Below are positions 18,240 through 28,754 of a stretch of 64,000 nucleotides of DNA, in pieces; position 1 is the first letter of the stretch; every line of letters begins with the position of its first letter. The translations under genes and the position numbers were made by a program. The stretch lies in the IMG/VR virus record IMGVR_UViG_3300030294_000020; one strand, written 5' to 3'. Source of the stretch: an uncultured virus (IMG/VR IMGVR_UViG_3300030294_000020). Taxonomy: Duplodnaviria > Heunggongvirae > Uroviricota > Caudoviricetes. The notes beneath the pieces are model-generated. The model was not told the DNA's origin. It made no database searches and saw nothing but the letters and a program-made list of their open reading frames with translations.

Positions 18240-21200
18240 TCAGAATGGAATATCATCTGGGTTATCTGGTTCATCTAACTGAATAGGAAAGTTTTCTTTA
18301 ACATAAAGATCCCCTCTTACATATGGATCATTTGATCTGAACCATTCAAAATCACAATATCCAGATATGGCATCAATTGCTTCATCACACATTTTTGCAT
18401 AATATGATTGGTCAATATCCATTTCTCTATGCAATGAGTGAACCATTTCTGATTCTAGCCATCTATAACCCTTGCTTCCAGTTGCTGCATAGTATTTACC
18501 ATCTTTTTCGCGCATTAGAAGCCCACCACCGCATCCAGGTCTTATTGGGCAGAATGCTCCAACCTTACCTATAAAGTGATAGTCATGACCTTGTGAGATT
18601 AGATGTTGTATCTCATCTGCTCTATTGCATTTTCTTTTCATATTATCATCATGTGGAAGATTATCATTTGTTATATCTTTCCATAACTTATCATGTTCTT
18701 TTTCATAGCCAGTCACATCTGGAAGATCTTCATTCATATCTAAATATAAAGAACTAAGTACTGACTTTGTCTCACACATATCTTCAAATTTAATAGGCTC
18801 TTTGGTGAATAATGTCTTAAAGACATATGGCTGTTGAAATTGAGTACCAGTTGCAGTCCATTCATTTGCATGCTGTCCACCTTTAGTTCTTATGCCATAT
18901 TTATCATATTTTGCAATGTATACAGCATTGTTAACTAAACATAATTTATCATAGGTTGCTTCATGCTCAAAGTCATAACCATATTTCTTACCAAAAGCTG
19001 TAACGAAGTCTATTATTTCTTGAGTAGCTTCTGGGATCTTAATCGAGTCTGTCTTAATATGAGCTACAACAAAGCCTTTTTCTTTAACGGCATAATATAA
19101 ATCTATCATAAATAATGCTCCACGCTTAGCTACAATATTATCTACATTACGAGGATCTCTAAATGGATTTTCAAACCTAGCTGAGGTTAATCCATAAATG
19201 GAATTAATAACGGTCTTCAATGCATCTGACAAATCTCCTGCCTTATCCTTATCAGTTAAGAATTTAGCAAGTTTACCTTCTAGCATTTTCTTAGCTGCCT
19301 CATAGTCACCATGTTTAATTGCTAGTCTAGCATTCTTAATATCACTAAATATTCTAGTGTATTTTGTTCCGAATAAATTAAGTTGCTCTACACTTGTAGG
19401 ATGCATAGATGCAATATCAAGTAATGCTACAAGACCATAGGCCCCTATTTCAGAAAGGACAATACCACCTTCACCAACTTCTATACCTCTATATGTACTC
19501 TTACCCCCTTCAAATTTATATCCTGGGAACATAATACTAAGATCAGTATATACAAACTCACTTTGTGGATGTTTATTATTACCAAACATAATCTTTGTTG
19601 AATGCATATTTGTAGTATCATTAACTGTCAATCCACTAAGTTCAGCAAGTATCTGTCTAGCAGTCCAATCTGAAACTAAATAATCAAAAGTAGCTTCTGT
19701 AGCAGTAACATCATTACAACAATAGTCTGCGACTTTAACCCATAAGGACTCATCAACATCTTTGTCCCAAGGTAATCCTAACTCTTGATGATGAATACCT
19801 AATTGAATTTCAAACTTCTTAAGACTCTGTTTATTTCCTGCTGAAGCAAAGTCATATACATCAGTATAAGAAACACCATAAGCTTCTCCAAACAATCCAT
19901 TACGACTGTTATTAATAATCTTTTGAGATAATTCATATAGTTGTCTATTTGTATATCCTATTAATCTAGCATATAGAATATGGTTATCATACCTTCTACA
20001 ATTAAATCCAACAAGTTTCATCTTCATTAGATGCTCAACATCAGAAGAACTAGGATTAATCATTTCAACACAAGGTTTACCTTTTACTTTCCATACAATT
20101 ACAAATAGATTAGGAAATACTTCAACATCGAAGAATACTAGTTCATCATGTCTATCATGCATATCATCCAGCATCTCATCAACCATACTATTAACATCGG
20201 TGTTACCTTCTACTTCAGATTTAAATTTCATCTTGCTAACTATCTTAATACAAAGTAATGCTTGATGACTACTATTATTACCAAATGCTAATATCTGGGG
20301 TCTCATATCTGTTAAGTCATAACTTACTCCAGAATCATAAGCATCCTCCAATATTTTATTTATAAAATCGATACTTGACTTTGTTCCAGGATGTATCTCC
20401 TTATTAAGATTTCTCTTTACTAATGTCCTCAAAGCTTTCTCATTTTTAACGCCTTCAAAATTAATCATTTTTTCTCCTTTCAATGGCAACCCCGAATTTA
20501 TAGTTGCTATGGGTATATTATTACATTTTGTAAGCCTACGCCTAAGTGAACTATCCCCTACAAATACTTTTATTTCAATATCATTGTCATATATTCTACT
20601 AAGCCTAGATGCATCACCATCATATATATAATGCAAATGAACTCCGTTCCCACCTTTACTTACTTCAGCATAGGTAGAAGGCCAAAGACTAGCTGCTTCT
20701 ATATTCTTTTCATATGATTTATTACCTAACTCATCTTTAATATCAAAGTCTATAACTATATGATTTTCTGGTAATGCAACATAATGAATTTTACTTGTAT
20801 CTAAGTCTGCTAGAACACTACTAACTTCTTTCCATTTCTGCATTGGTATTTCTCTTTCACCACCTGCATATTGAGCAGGCTCCATAGCACAAGCAATTTC
20901 AAATAATGATTCTTCATAGTCAAGAGTCATGGTAGGAATTTTAGGTTCCATATTTTCAGTAGACCCTTCATTTTCTTCCTCTTCTTTGGCTTTTGTAAAC
21001 AATTCTGATTTAAATACTGAATAATAGCTTCTTATTTGTTTACCATCAACTCTTGTAACCTCATCAAATCTTTCAAAGTAATTTCTTAACTCTCCTCTAA
21101 ACTTATACATTGGTAATTTAAACTCAATCAGACTTTCATCGCAATATTGCTTATACATCTCAAATGCAACTTTTAGAGTAGTACTATCTTCTCTCTTGAA

Positions 21201-22277
21201 TACTAAATAACTATCTTCTATAAAATTAAAGAATAAGTCAGTGTCAAACATCATATCTAGTGGGGTATAATGAGCATAATAATTTTTTCCCATTTTTTTA
21301 TATGTCTCTAAACAATGAAAGGCAATAGCTCCTAATTCAAAATCTATTTTATTTACTAATATCTGATATCTAGAAGGAGTTAAATGTTCACCTGTAGGTT
21401 TAACATCAATAAGTCTTCTTATAATACCGGATTTAGCATCGGTTATCTTTACTGGTTTATTAGTACCCATAAATAAGAAGGCATTTGTTTTTGCAGTATA
21501 CGATGATTTAAATTTTTCATTCATAGTCATCTCTTCATGAGATATAATTGAATTAAGTTTTGAATTGTCTTCTATCTTGCTTAAATCACCATCATGTTGA
21601 ATTGCTATTAACGGATTACTTTTAAAAACATCAGTAGCAAAAGTATTATTATTTGAAGTTAATGCTTTTGCTTCAAAAGTTGTATAATATCCGTCAAATA
21701 AGTTTTGTATAATATTAAGTATAGTTGACTTACCAGATCCTTGTGTTCCATATAGAACAATAAATTTTTGAATTGATTTAGAGTCACCACAAATAATTGC
21801 ACCTATGGCCCATTCTAATTTAGCTCTTTCTTCTTTAGAATATAAAGTATCAAACAATTCATCATATGCTTCTATAGAACCTTCTTCAATTGCATAAGAT
21901 ACTCTTTTACTTACATAATCCTCTCTCTTAACTTTAGTATTTGTGAATGTTATTGTATTATCCAATTCTCTATAATAGTCTGGTTGAATTTTTATATAGT
22001 TTTTAAACTCTTGCCATTTACCAGATGTAAAATCAATAACTGATTTAACGGAGGTAGGACTTGTCTCTTTGCTACTACAATCATATAATTCTTTATCCAC
22101 CAAACGAGCCACGTCAAATTCATTAGTAGACCACATTTTAATATTATCGTCCCAGATAGCATAAAAGCTTTTACCTCTGACCATTAAGTCTTTGCATTCT
22201 GTAACTTTAAAATTTGGGTAAAATTCTGTTGTCATTGTTGTTTTATTGTATTTATTTTTGATCTCGACGAAATCCAT
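18240..22277 (-). CDS. SF3 helicase - AEP primase - 3'-5' exonuclease - family B-like DNA polymerase fusion
   Basis: GTQGSGKST Walker A; DFD and SKGGNGVHLHY primase motifs; FFDVE exo I; LDIASMHP, KTVINSIYG, KTDS polymerase motifs. Confidence 0.85.
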   Translation of the reverse strand: MDFVEIKNKYNKTTMTTEFYPNFKVTECKDLMVRGKSFYAIWDDNIKMWSTNEFDVARLVDKELYDCSSKETSPTSVKSVIDFTSGKWQEFKNYIKIQPDYYRELDNTITFTNTKVKREDYVSKRVSYAIEEGSIEAYDELFDTLYSKEERAKLEWAIGAIICGDSKSIQKFIVLYGTQGSGKSTILNIIQNLFDGYYTTFEAKALTSNNNTFATDVFKSNPLIAIQHDGDLSKIEDNSKLNSIISHEEMTMNEKFKSSYTAKTNAFLFMGTNKPVKITDAKSGIIRRLIDVKPTGEHLTPSRYQILVNKIDFELGAIAFHCLETYKKMGKNYYAHYTPLDMMFDTDLFFNFIEDSYLVFKREDSTTLKVAFEMYKQYCDESLIEFKLPMYKFRGELRNYFERFDEVTRVDGKQIRSYYSVFKSELFTKAKEEEENEGSTENMEPKIPTMTLDYEESLFEIACAMEPAQYAGGEREIPMQKWKEVSSVLADLDTSKIHYVALPENHIVIDFDIKDELGNKSYEKNIEAASLWPSTYAEVSKGGNGVHLHYIYDGDASRLSRIYDNDIEIKVFVGDSSLRRRLTKCNNIPIATINSGLPLKGEKMINFEGVKNEKALRTLVKRNLNKEIHPGTKSSIDFINKILEDAYDSGVSYDLTDMRPQILAFGNNSSHQALLCIKIVSKMKFKSEVEGNTDVNSMVDEMLDDMHDRHDELVFFDVEVFPNLFVIVWKVKGKPCVEMINPSSSDVEHLMKMKLVGFNCRRYDNHILYARLIGYTNRQLYELSQKIINNSRNGLFGEAYGVSYTDVYDFASAGNKQSLKKFEIQLGIHHQELGLPWDKDVDESLWVKVADYCCNDVTATEATFDYLVSDWTARQILAELSGLTVNDTTNMHSTKIMFGNNKHPQSEFVYTDLSIMFPGYKFEGGKSTYRGIEVGEGGIVLSEIGAYGLVALLDIASMHPTSVEQLNLFGTKYTRIFSDIKNARLAIKHGDYEAAKKMLEGKLAKFLTDKDKAGDLSDALKTVINSIYGLTSARFENPFRDPRNVDNIVAKRGALFMIDLYYAVKEKGFVVAHIKTDSIKIPEATQEIIDFVTAFGKKYGYDFEHEATYDKLCLVNNAVYIAKYDKYGIRTKGGQHANEWTATGTQFQQPYVFKTLFTKEPIKFEDMCETKSVLSSLYLDMNEDLPDVTGYEKEHDKLWKDITNDNLPHDDNMKRKCNRADEIQHLISQGHDYHFIGKVGAFCPIRPGCGGGLLMREKDGKYYAATGSKGYRWLESEMVHSLHREMDIDQSYYAKMCDEAIDAISGYCDFEWFRSNDPYVRGDLYVKENFPIQLDEPDNPDDIPF

Positions 22278-22299
22278 TAAATAACCCCTTTCCCCCTTG

Positions 22300-22598
22300 A
22301 TTTTCTATTGTGTTACGAAAACGAAAAAAAACGCTCTAAACTAGTTCTATATATATATATTATTATTATTATTATTAATATAAATAAAGTGTAACAAGTG
22401 TAACAATACCCTTCCAATCAAGTAATACCCTTTATCTACAAACTTAAAATTCTGTTTTTTTTTGCACTTTAGGTGTAACAATAAAACGCAACAAGCAATT
22501 TTTTCGCCTTTTTTCGCCTTTTTTTTTCGCTTTTACACTTCTGTGCACATTTCTGTGCAAAATAAACGTAACACTTTTGCACACCTTTTCCATAATTT
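22300..22598. other. Candidate replication origin
   Basis: Non-coding; TA run, repeated GTGTAACAA, TTTTCGCC x2-3, TTCTGTGCA x2, directly upstream of replication gene. Confidence 0.45.
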
Positions 22599-23144
22599 TT
22601 ACCCTAATTCGGGGTGTTCTTGAATATAAGTACCTAATTGATACCACAATTCAACATTTATTTGATTTTTACAAGGACCTCTCAATGGAAATAATCCACC
22701 AACTCCCTTGGAATTATACTCTCTATCCATGAATTTATCCACAATCTTAGTAACATTAGTGTAATTCCAAGCCTCTTCAAATGAGTTATCTCTGAACTTA
22801 TTAAGCCCTAAATTAGTCAACATCATCCAAAACCAATCAACACTTCTATTACCAAATCTAGGATTATACATCAAATCATCCTCACAACGTCTGGCTAAGG
22901 CTACCAACATTTCAAGCAAATTACAAGGTTCATCCTCATCCAACTCATCATTCTCCATATATTTCTCACGTAACATAACACCATCATTAGCTCTATTATC
23001 ATCATATTCTACTGACCATCTGAATGGTGTCATATATAATTGTGACATTAATTCAAAATAACAGCAATGTTCAACAGGTGTTTCAAGTCCTGCAAGTGTA
23101 CATAATGCTGTAAAATATGAATTATGATTCTTCGTTATTGTCAT
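22599..23144 (-). CDS. Hypothetical protein
   Basis: DDNRANDG..LEMLVALARR..WFWMMLTNLGL..GGLFPL..VELWYQ looks conserved. Confidence 0.65.
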   Translation of the reverse strand: MTITKNHNSYFTALCTLAGLETPVEHCCYFELMSQLYMTPFRWSVEYDDNRANDGVMLREKYMENDELDEDEPCNLLEMLVALARRCEDDLMYNPRFGNRSVDWFWMMLTNLGLNKFRDNSFEEAWNYTNVTKIVDKFMDREYNSKGVGGLFPLRGPCKNQINVELWYQLGTYIQEHPELG

Positions 23145-23488
23145 TTTTTTTTCACCTCTTTTTTCATTTTTCCCAACTCTAATTGTGTCTCATCGCAATC
23201 AATTATGTTCATTCCATGTTCACATGCCCATATATACTCAATCATACAATCTTCACTTTTGTTCCAACCTAATCCTAAAAGCAATATATCACAATCCTTC
23301 AATAGCTCAATACGATACTTCACCATATCAATACGCTCAATAACATCATATAAATAGCTAAATGTATGAACTGGAGATATAAATATATTATCCTTATGCA
23401 TACATATAAGCTTAATGATTAATTTTTCAACTTCTTTTTTATCCCCTTCTCCTCCATTATAAGGACAAGAAACATATACTTTATTCAT
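23141..23488 (-). CDS. Nucleoside deoxyribosyltransferase-like (DUF4406-type) protein
   Basis: VYVSCPY..ISPVH..LLKDCD..GWNKSEDCMIE. Confidence 0.6.
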   Translation of the reverse strand: MNKVYVSCPYNGGEGDKKEVEKLIIKLICMHKDNIFISPVHTFSYLYDVIERIDMVKYRIELLKDCDILLLGLGWNKSEDCMIEYIWACEHGMNIIDCDETQLELGKMKKEVKKK

Positions 23489-24266
23489 TTTTAATATTCT
23501 CCTTATCTAACTCTTCTAATAATTTCTTAATAGGAGGAAAAGATTCCATTTTCTTTGCCATAGTTTCTTCTAATTCTAGTCGAGCCTTATTAATCATATC
23601 TTCTTTTTCCTCAGACATAGGTACAAAATGATCTACATACGGATCCCATGGAGTTGCTGCATACATAAATTTAGAATTATTCTCTACAATTTTAGAATCA
23701 CCATCGAATATAGACCCAATAGGCTTTAATACAGCATCTTTATCAGCTGGACTAACCATATATGATTTATCAACTACCATCTCAAAAATAGGATTAGTTC
23801 CACAACAACCTGGCCAACAATTAACATCTTTATGAAGATTACTACAAACCATACAAGATAACTTTTGTATTTTATCACCAGTGTGTAAATCTTCTGGACA
23901 ATTAGCCCAACAACTAACTTCCTCTTTACGTAATCCATTACATTCAGAGCAAAGTATTCTAGCAACATCCTTAAACTTATCATCCCAAGTTCGTAAATAA
24001 TAAACAGGAATCCTATTGGTAAAGCAAAAGTCAATTTCAGCTTGACCATCCTCACCAATATATCCATCCACATTTAATACAAAAGCTCTATCACACATTT
24101 TTAATTTCTTTCTATGCAATTGCATTAATTCTCCATGATGTTCATTTCCTTCAAATTCTGAACATATAACTGGTGACAACACAATATGACCTTCAAGACT
24201 CAACTTTTTAGTTTGCTCTAGCAATTCTTCTTTAAATCTCATACTTGTAATTATTGTAATTATCAT
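23481..24266 (-). CDS. Deoxyribosyltransferase-like N-terminus plus duplicated Cys-rich motif
   Basis: SMRF..GHIVLSP..LHRKKL..CD..VLNVDGYIG..EI; two CSxC..CWxxC units. Confidence 0.55.
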   Translation of the reverse strand: MIITIITSMRFKEELLEQTKKLSLEGHIVLSPVICSEFEGNEHHGELMQLHRKKLKMCDRAFVLNVDGYIGEDGQAEIDFCFTNRIPVYYLRTWDDKFKDVARILCSECNGLRKEEVSCWANCPEDLHTGDKIQKLSCMVCSNLHKDVNCWPGCCGTNPIFEMVVDKSYMVSPADKDAVLKPIGSIFDGDSKIVENNSKFMYAATPWDPYVDHFVPMSEEKEDMINKARLELEETMAKKMESFPPIKKLLEELDKENIKNE

Positions 24267-24527
24267 TTATTTGCTCCTTTCAAAAGCATATTTAATAATC
24301 TCTTGATGGATAGTTCTTAGGATTCTTATTTAAATAATCCCATATTTTATCATTATCATAATAGACACCATATTTAACTTTATATTTTTCTTTTATGCTA
24401 ACTGTCTTATCTTCAATTTCTTTATTCATTTTTTTCTCCAAAATGCTCTTTTTGCAATCACAATCCTTCGTACCATAAAGTCTTTCAAGACAAAAAGCAC
24501 AATGAGTATCTAAGCCATTATTAAATT

Positions 24528-24905
24528 TCATTTATTTGCTCCTTCTATTTTACTAAAATCAACTGATTCAGAATACCAGCCATTAGAATTTCCATACCAT
24601 CTTATGGTTACATATCCTTTAACTGTTGCTAATTTATAAAATGTCCATGTGAATGACTCATCATATTTACTTTTAGGATTATCCTTATTGGATGATTCTT
24701 CAGCAAGTAATATAGGAACACCAATTAGATCATCTAAGGTACCACATATATCTTCTATGCTAACATCCTCACAGCAATCTTGATGATGGATCTAAATATA
24801 TAATGAATCATCATCGCAAACAAATATAACTTCTTTACTACAATGATCATCACTAATTATATTAGTTAAAGTTTTTCCAACAAGTACATTAAAATCAACA
24901 TTCAT
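24528..24905 (-). pseudogene. Conserved phage protein (Hx[14 protein letters not shown]..RWYGxSNG) interrupted by in-frame TAG at 24792-24794
   Basis: Hand translation: one frame of 126 codons with a single internal stop; good RBS; overlaps both neighbours by ATGA. Confidence 0.7.
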
Positions 24906-25405
24906 TTATTTGCTCCTTTCAATTCAATATCATATTCTTTCTTATAGTATTTTGCACCTCTCATATACATCCAATGTATTCCAAATATAACTAACATGGA
25001 TGGGAATGGAGCAGCATTATCACTATCTCCAAATCGTAACCGTCCTTTAATAAAATATATTTCGGCCGAGGTTCTGTATATATACTCATGAAACCATCTA
25101 GTATCCGTCCTAGCAGGTATCAGAACAACAACTATAGTCCCTGGCTTTTTTGATTCTTCAAAGCATTTCTTAATCCAATCTCCAGTACTCTTACGCCCAT
25201 ATGGAGGATTACAAAATACTTTTTCTCCACCCCAATCCTTAGTTAATCCATTTTCTTCCTTGGTATAATGTTTCTCACATTTAAAATTTGTCTCACCAGA
25301 ACAAGGGTCTAATGTAAAGTTAAACACATAATCAAGACTATTAAATAAGTCCTGAGGTGTAGCCCATGCTTCTTCTTCACTACTAAATAGTGCTTGACTA
25401 ATCAT
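24902..25405 (-). CDS. Phage DNA N6-adenine methyltransferase
   Basis: WATPQ, FTLDPC, FCNPPY, LIPARTDT, GRLRF, APFPS. Confidence 0.88.
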   Translation of the reverse strand: MISQALFSSEEEAWATPQDLFNSLDYVFNFTLDPCSGETNFKCEKHYTKEENGLTKDWGGEKVFCNPPYGRKSTGDWIKKCFEESKKPGTIVVVLIPARTDTRWFHEYIYRTSAEIYFIKGRLRFGDSDNAAPFPSMLVIFGIHWMYMRGAKYYKKEYDIELKGANK

Positions 25406-25691
25406 TTATTACACCCAACCTTTCAAACTATTAATATAAAGCACACATAGGATTTGGAAAAGTACCCTTAGGATTTTCAGCATATTTCTTTTTTATAGTA
25501 TCTCTTTGCTCATCTGAAAAACTTCCAAAAGCATCTATCTCACTATAAGTTATATGACCATATTCAATAATTTTCCAATCTATTTCATCCTCCATATTAT
25601 TAAAAGCTTCTCTCATAGCTAGTCGCATTAATACCTGTTGCTTAGCAGTACATTTTATTTCAATTTTCATAATATTTCACAACTCCTTCTA

Positions 25692-26492
25692 TTAATGATG
25701 TAAATCTTTCTCATCAAACTCCCAACTAAGGTCTTCTCTAATAACTTCATAATCTATCATCATTTTCTCATTACGCACATAGACTAAATTGTCAGGACTA
25801 CCCATTGTACCGAACTTACCTATACTAGCATCTCCTATAACAGCATCTATATCCTCTATAGGTTCTCCATCCTCATCTGCAAGAACATCATCTTTAGAAA
25901 AGTAAGTAATAGTTATCTGCTCAAAGTCCTGATCATTCTCAACAAATTGATCGGCAGATATTACATAGGGTCTATCAGCTTTCACTTCATCTACTTGTTC
26001 AGATGCATAATCCTCTTCTTTACTAAAATCAATTACCTCCTCCTCTTTGGGAGGTCTTGGTGCATCTGATAAAGGGTCATATTGTCTAATAACCTTATCA
26101 TAAGCCGTCCTCTCACTCTTTCTAAAAGGTACATCTTTTCTAGTTCTATTACTTAATTTGTCAACATCATCTTGCTTTTTTTGAGCTTTATCGATATCTG
26201 GGGCCTTAGTACGTCCTTTATTAACAACCCCATCTACAGCTTTCTCTGGTGTTGTGTCTTTTCCATACATGCTTTTAACATGCTGAGTATAAGGAATAGA
26301 TTTGTCATCATTATTATTAGCTAAAGTATCATTTCCAACAAATACTTTTTCTTTCTCTCTAACCTTTTGCTTAACAGACTCAATTTCCTCATTAGCAAAC
26401 CCTTCAAATTTATCATGAAAATATTTATACGTAGCTCCTACACCAATAACAGCTCCACCTACAACTAATCCAACATTTTTTAATATACTCAT
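25692..26492 (-). CDS. Hypothetical protein, N-terminal TM and acidic C-domain
   Basis: GGAVIGVG..; PYVIS..ITYF..DDVLAD..VYVRNE..DYEV. Confidence 0.65.
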   Translation of the reverse strand: MSILKNVGLVVGGAVIGVGATYKYFHDKFEGFANEEIESVKQKVREKEKVFVGNDTLANNNDDKSIPYTQHVKSMYGKDTTPEKAVDGVVNKGRTKAPDIDKAQKKQDDVDKLSNRTRKDVPFRKSERTAYDKVIRQYDPLSDAPRPPKEEEVIDFSKEEDYASEQVDEVKADRPYVISADQFVENDQDFEQITITYFSKDDVLADEDGEPIEDIDAVIGDASIGKFGTMGSPDNLVYVRNEKMMIDYEVIREDLSWEFDEKDLHH

Positions 26493-26628
26493 TATTTAAC
26501 CTCCTCCACATATTCATGGTTTAAATGTACATAATATTTTTTATCAAAGATACGTATTATATCCCCGTCAACATCTATATCAGTTTTACTAGCTCTTGTA
26601 AGTATCATTTCTTTTAATTTTTTTGTCA

Positions 26629-26940
26629 TTATTTTATCCTCCTTGATATTTTACTATTACCTTTATCGTCTGTCTCAACTTGTAATATAAGTGTTCTAGT
26701 CTCAGTAACAAGTTTGCAACTTATTACCGGCCCATTATAATCAATAAACTGTTCTATTACCTCACGCATTTTTTTATCTATAGATTTAGTTTTCTTTTTA
26801 TCTTGTTGATCCATTGAATTAAGAGCTTTACGCATTTCTCTTTCTTTCTTACTATTATATCTGTCAATATTTTGTTCCAAGTCCTGACTCATATTATATT
26901 CTTGTTCTCTTACTTCATTCCAATTTTTTAAATCACTCAT
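26629..26940 (-). CDS. Hypothetical protein
   Basis: ORF track, minus-strand context. Confidence 0.5.
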   Translation of the reverse strand: MSDLKNWNEVREQEYNMSQDLEQNIDRYNSKKEREMRKALNSMDQQDKKKTKSIDKKMREVIEQFIDYNGPVISCKLVTETRTLILQVETDDKGNSKISRRIK

Positions 26941-27109
26941 TTATATATCCTTCTTTCTATTATCTATTAGACATTTAACAATTGCATGAATACTTACTAC
27001 TAACGCTATTAAACTAACTATTATAACAAGCAAATCAGTCATAGCTAGTCCAACTAAAAACATTATAATATCCAAAGTAGCTAATATCTTCCAAAATCTT
27101 ATTTATTCT

Positions 27110-28732
27110 TTATACATCAGTAAACCCATAGTGTGCAGCTTGTTTCTTTACTTCTAGTTCTATATCTTCATTAGTTATACCAAATTGTCTAGCTACTAGA
27201 GCAGAACAGATAAACATGTTAACTATCTCCTGTTGAAGGTTATCAAATACACCAAGCTCATCTTTCTTAATATTGGAACAAGCATCGGTTAATCTTTCAC
27301 ATACCTCTTGTAATGAATCTAATTGATCTTCCTCACCAAACTTATCTTTACAGTAATTTAAGAATTTATCAGATATACTGAAATTTGACATAGGGGGCTT
27401 ATCCATAGGCTTTGCAGGAACTATACAATACTCTCCTCTACAAAATAGACAAGATATAACCTCTTTTTTATTGTCATATCCATTAACTTTTATATTACCA
27501 TTGTTATCAATTTCTGATACAATATATTCTTTAGTAAAATCAAAGCCTCTTGATATAAATTCACCAGCATTTAGAACTTTGTCTTTATCAATCTTAACTA
27601 CTATACAATTTCTTGATGGGTCTAATACTTTAAATTCTGGATCATCAATTGGAGTATTACTAATATGTGTTGAGGGATTTATTGTATCTTCAACAATAGT
27701 ATATTCATGTGGCATTAAATAAAACCAAACAGGTGTACCCCATTTGTCTAATATAGTACAACTTATAACCACATTATTATTTATATCCGATTTCTTAACT
27801 CTATATTCTAAATTAAAATCAAGGCCTCTTTTTTCTAATTCTTTAGGATTTGCCACGTAAACTCTTTTTATTTTAATCCTTATAATTTCATCTAATGGTT
27901 CTTCAACTATAGCATAATCATTCTTACCTAAATACCAGTTAATTGATTCACTATAAATATTAGAGGTAACAAATGCTAGATCACCATTTTTGTAAATATT
28001 TTTTTTGGGGATAATATATTCTTTTTTAAAGTCAAAACCATTTGCCTCATACCCCTCTGCATTAAGTACATTCTCTTTTATAATTCTAATCTTTACATTG
28101 TCATTTAAAGTATCTTCGCATATCATGTACTCGCCCTTATATAAATGAAATACCTTAGAAAACCTATCATTCTCCTGTTGTTTAATTAATACACTTCCAT
28201 CCTCAGACATCTCAGAAACAATATATTCTTCATCTGGATTCATCTCTTGATATAATGATGGTCCTAATGCTGCAACTAATTTCTCTTTTATTATTTTAAC
28301 TTTTATTTCTTTTTTAATACTCTCATTATTCATAATAATATATTCTCCTTTATAGAAATGAAAGACATTATTATTACCTTTTAAATCTTGAACACTAATT
28401 TTTATAGCACCATATTCATCCATAGAAGTAGCAATATATTCCGTATCAAAGTCTATCCCTAATTGATCTAACCCTGTTAAGTTCTCAAGTTTTGACTTAA
28501 CTAACTTAATCTTAATCTTAATAGGTGCTACACAAGAATCAACAACAGTATATTCACATTTATTAAAATTAGCATACCATTTAATACCAGACTCTTCAAA
28601 CTCAATTTTAACTGATCCAGAAGGATATTTTTTTTCAATATTGTATTCTTTATTAAAGTCGAATTTTCGTTCTATCAAAACCTGTAGTAAATAAGCATCC
28701 TCTATTTTATTTTTATCTATAATAACTTTCAT
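27110..28732 (-). CDS. Protein with six ~70-aa repeats and degenerate MazG-like C-terminus
   Basis: Repeated KIKIxK..GFDFxKEY..G.IKI..GEY; C-terminal FGEEDQL..QEVCERL..NLQQEIVN. Confidence 0.65.
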   Translation of the reverse strand: MKVIIDKNKIEDAYLLQVLIERKFDFNKEYNIEKKYPSGSVKIEFEESGIKWYANFNKCEYTVVDSCVAPIKIKIKLVKSKLENLTGLDQLGIDFDTEYIATSMDEYGAIKISVQDLKGNNNVFHFYKGEYIIMNNESIKKEIKVKIIKEKLVAALGPSLYQEMNPDEEYIVSEMSEDGSVLIKQQENDRFSKVFHLYKGEYMICEDTLNDNVKIRIIKENVLNAEGYEANGFDFKKEYIIPKKNIYKNGDLAFVTSNIYSESINWYLGKNDYAIVEEPLDEIIRIKIKRVYVANPKELEKRGLDFNLEYRVKKSDINNNVVISCTILDKWGTPVWFYLMPHEYTIVEDTINPSTHISNTPIDDPEFKVLDPSRNCIVVKIDKDKVLNAGEFISRGFDFTKEYIVSEIDNNGNIKVNGYDNKKEVISCLFCRGEYCIVPAKPMDKPPMSNFSISDKFLNYCKDKFGEEDQLDSLQEVCERLTDACSNIKKDELGVFDNLQQEIVNMFICSALVARQFGITNEDIELEVKKQAAHYGFTDV

Positions 28733-28754
28733 TAATAAAACCTTCTTTCAAATA

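Noticed and set aside
22444..22647. 67-aa ORF in the origin-like region
   Set aside because: Low-complexity translation of repeats with no RBS
24792..24794. Genome-wide TAG or TGA reassignment
   Set aside because: Long core genes are uninterrupted in the standard code, both codons end genes at sensible positions, and no suppressor tRNA is seen
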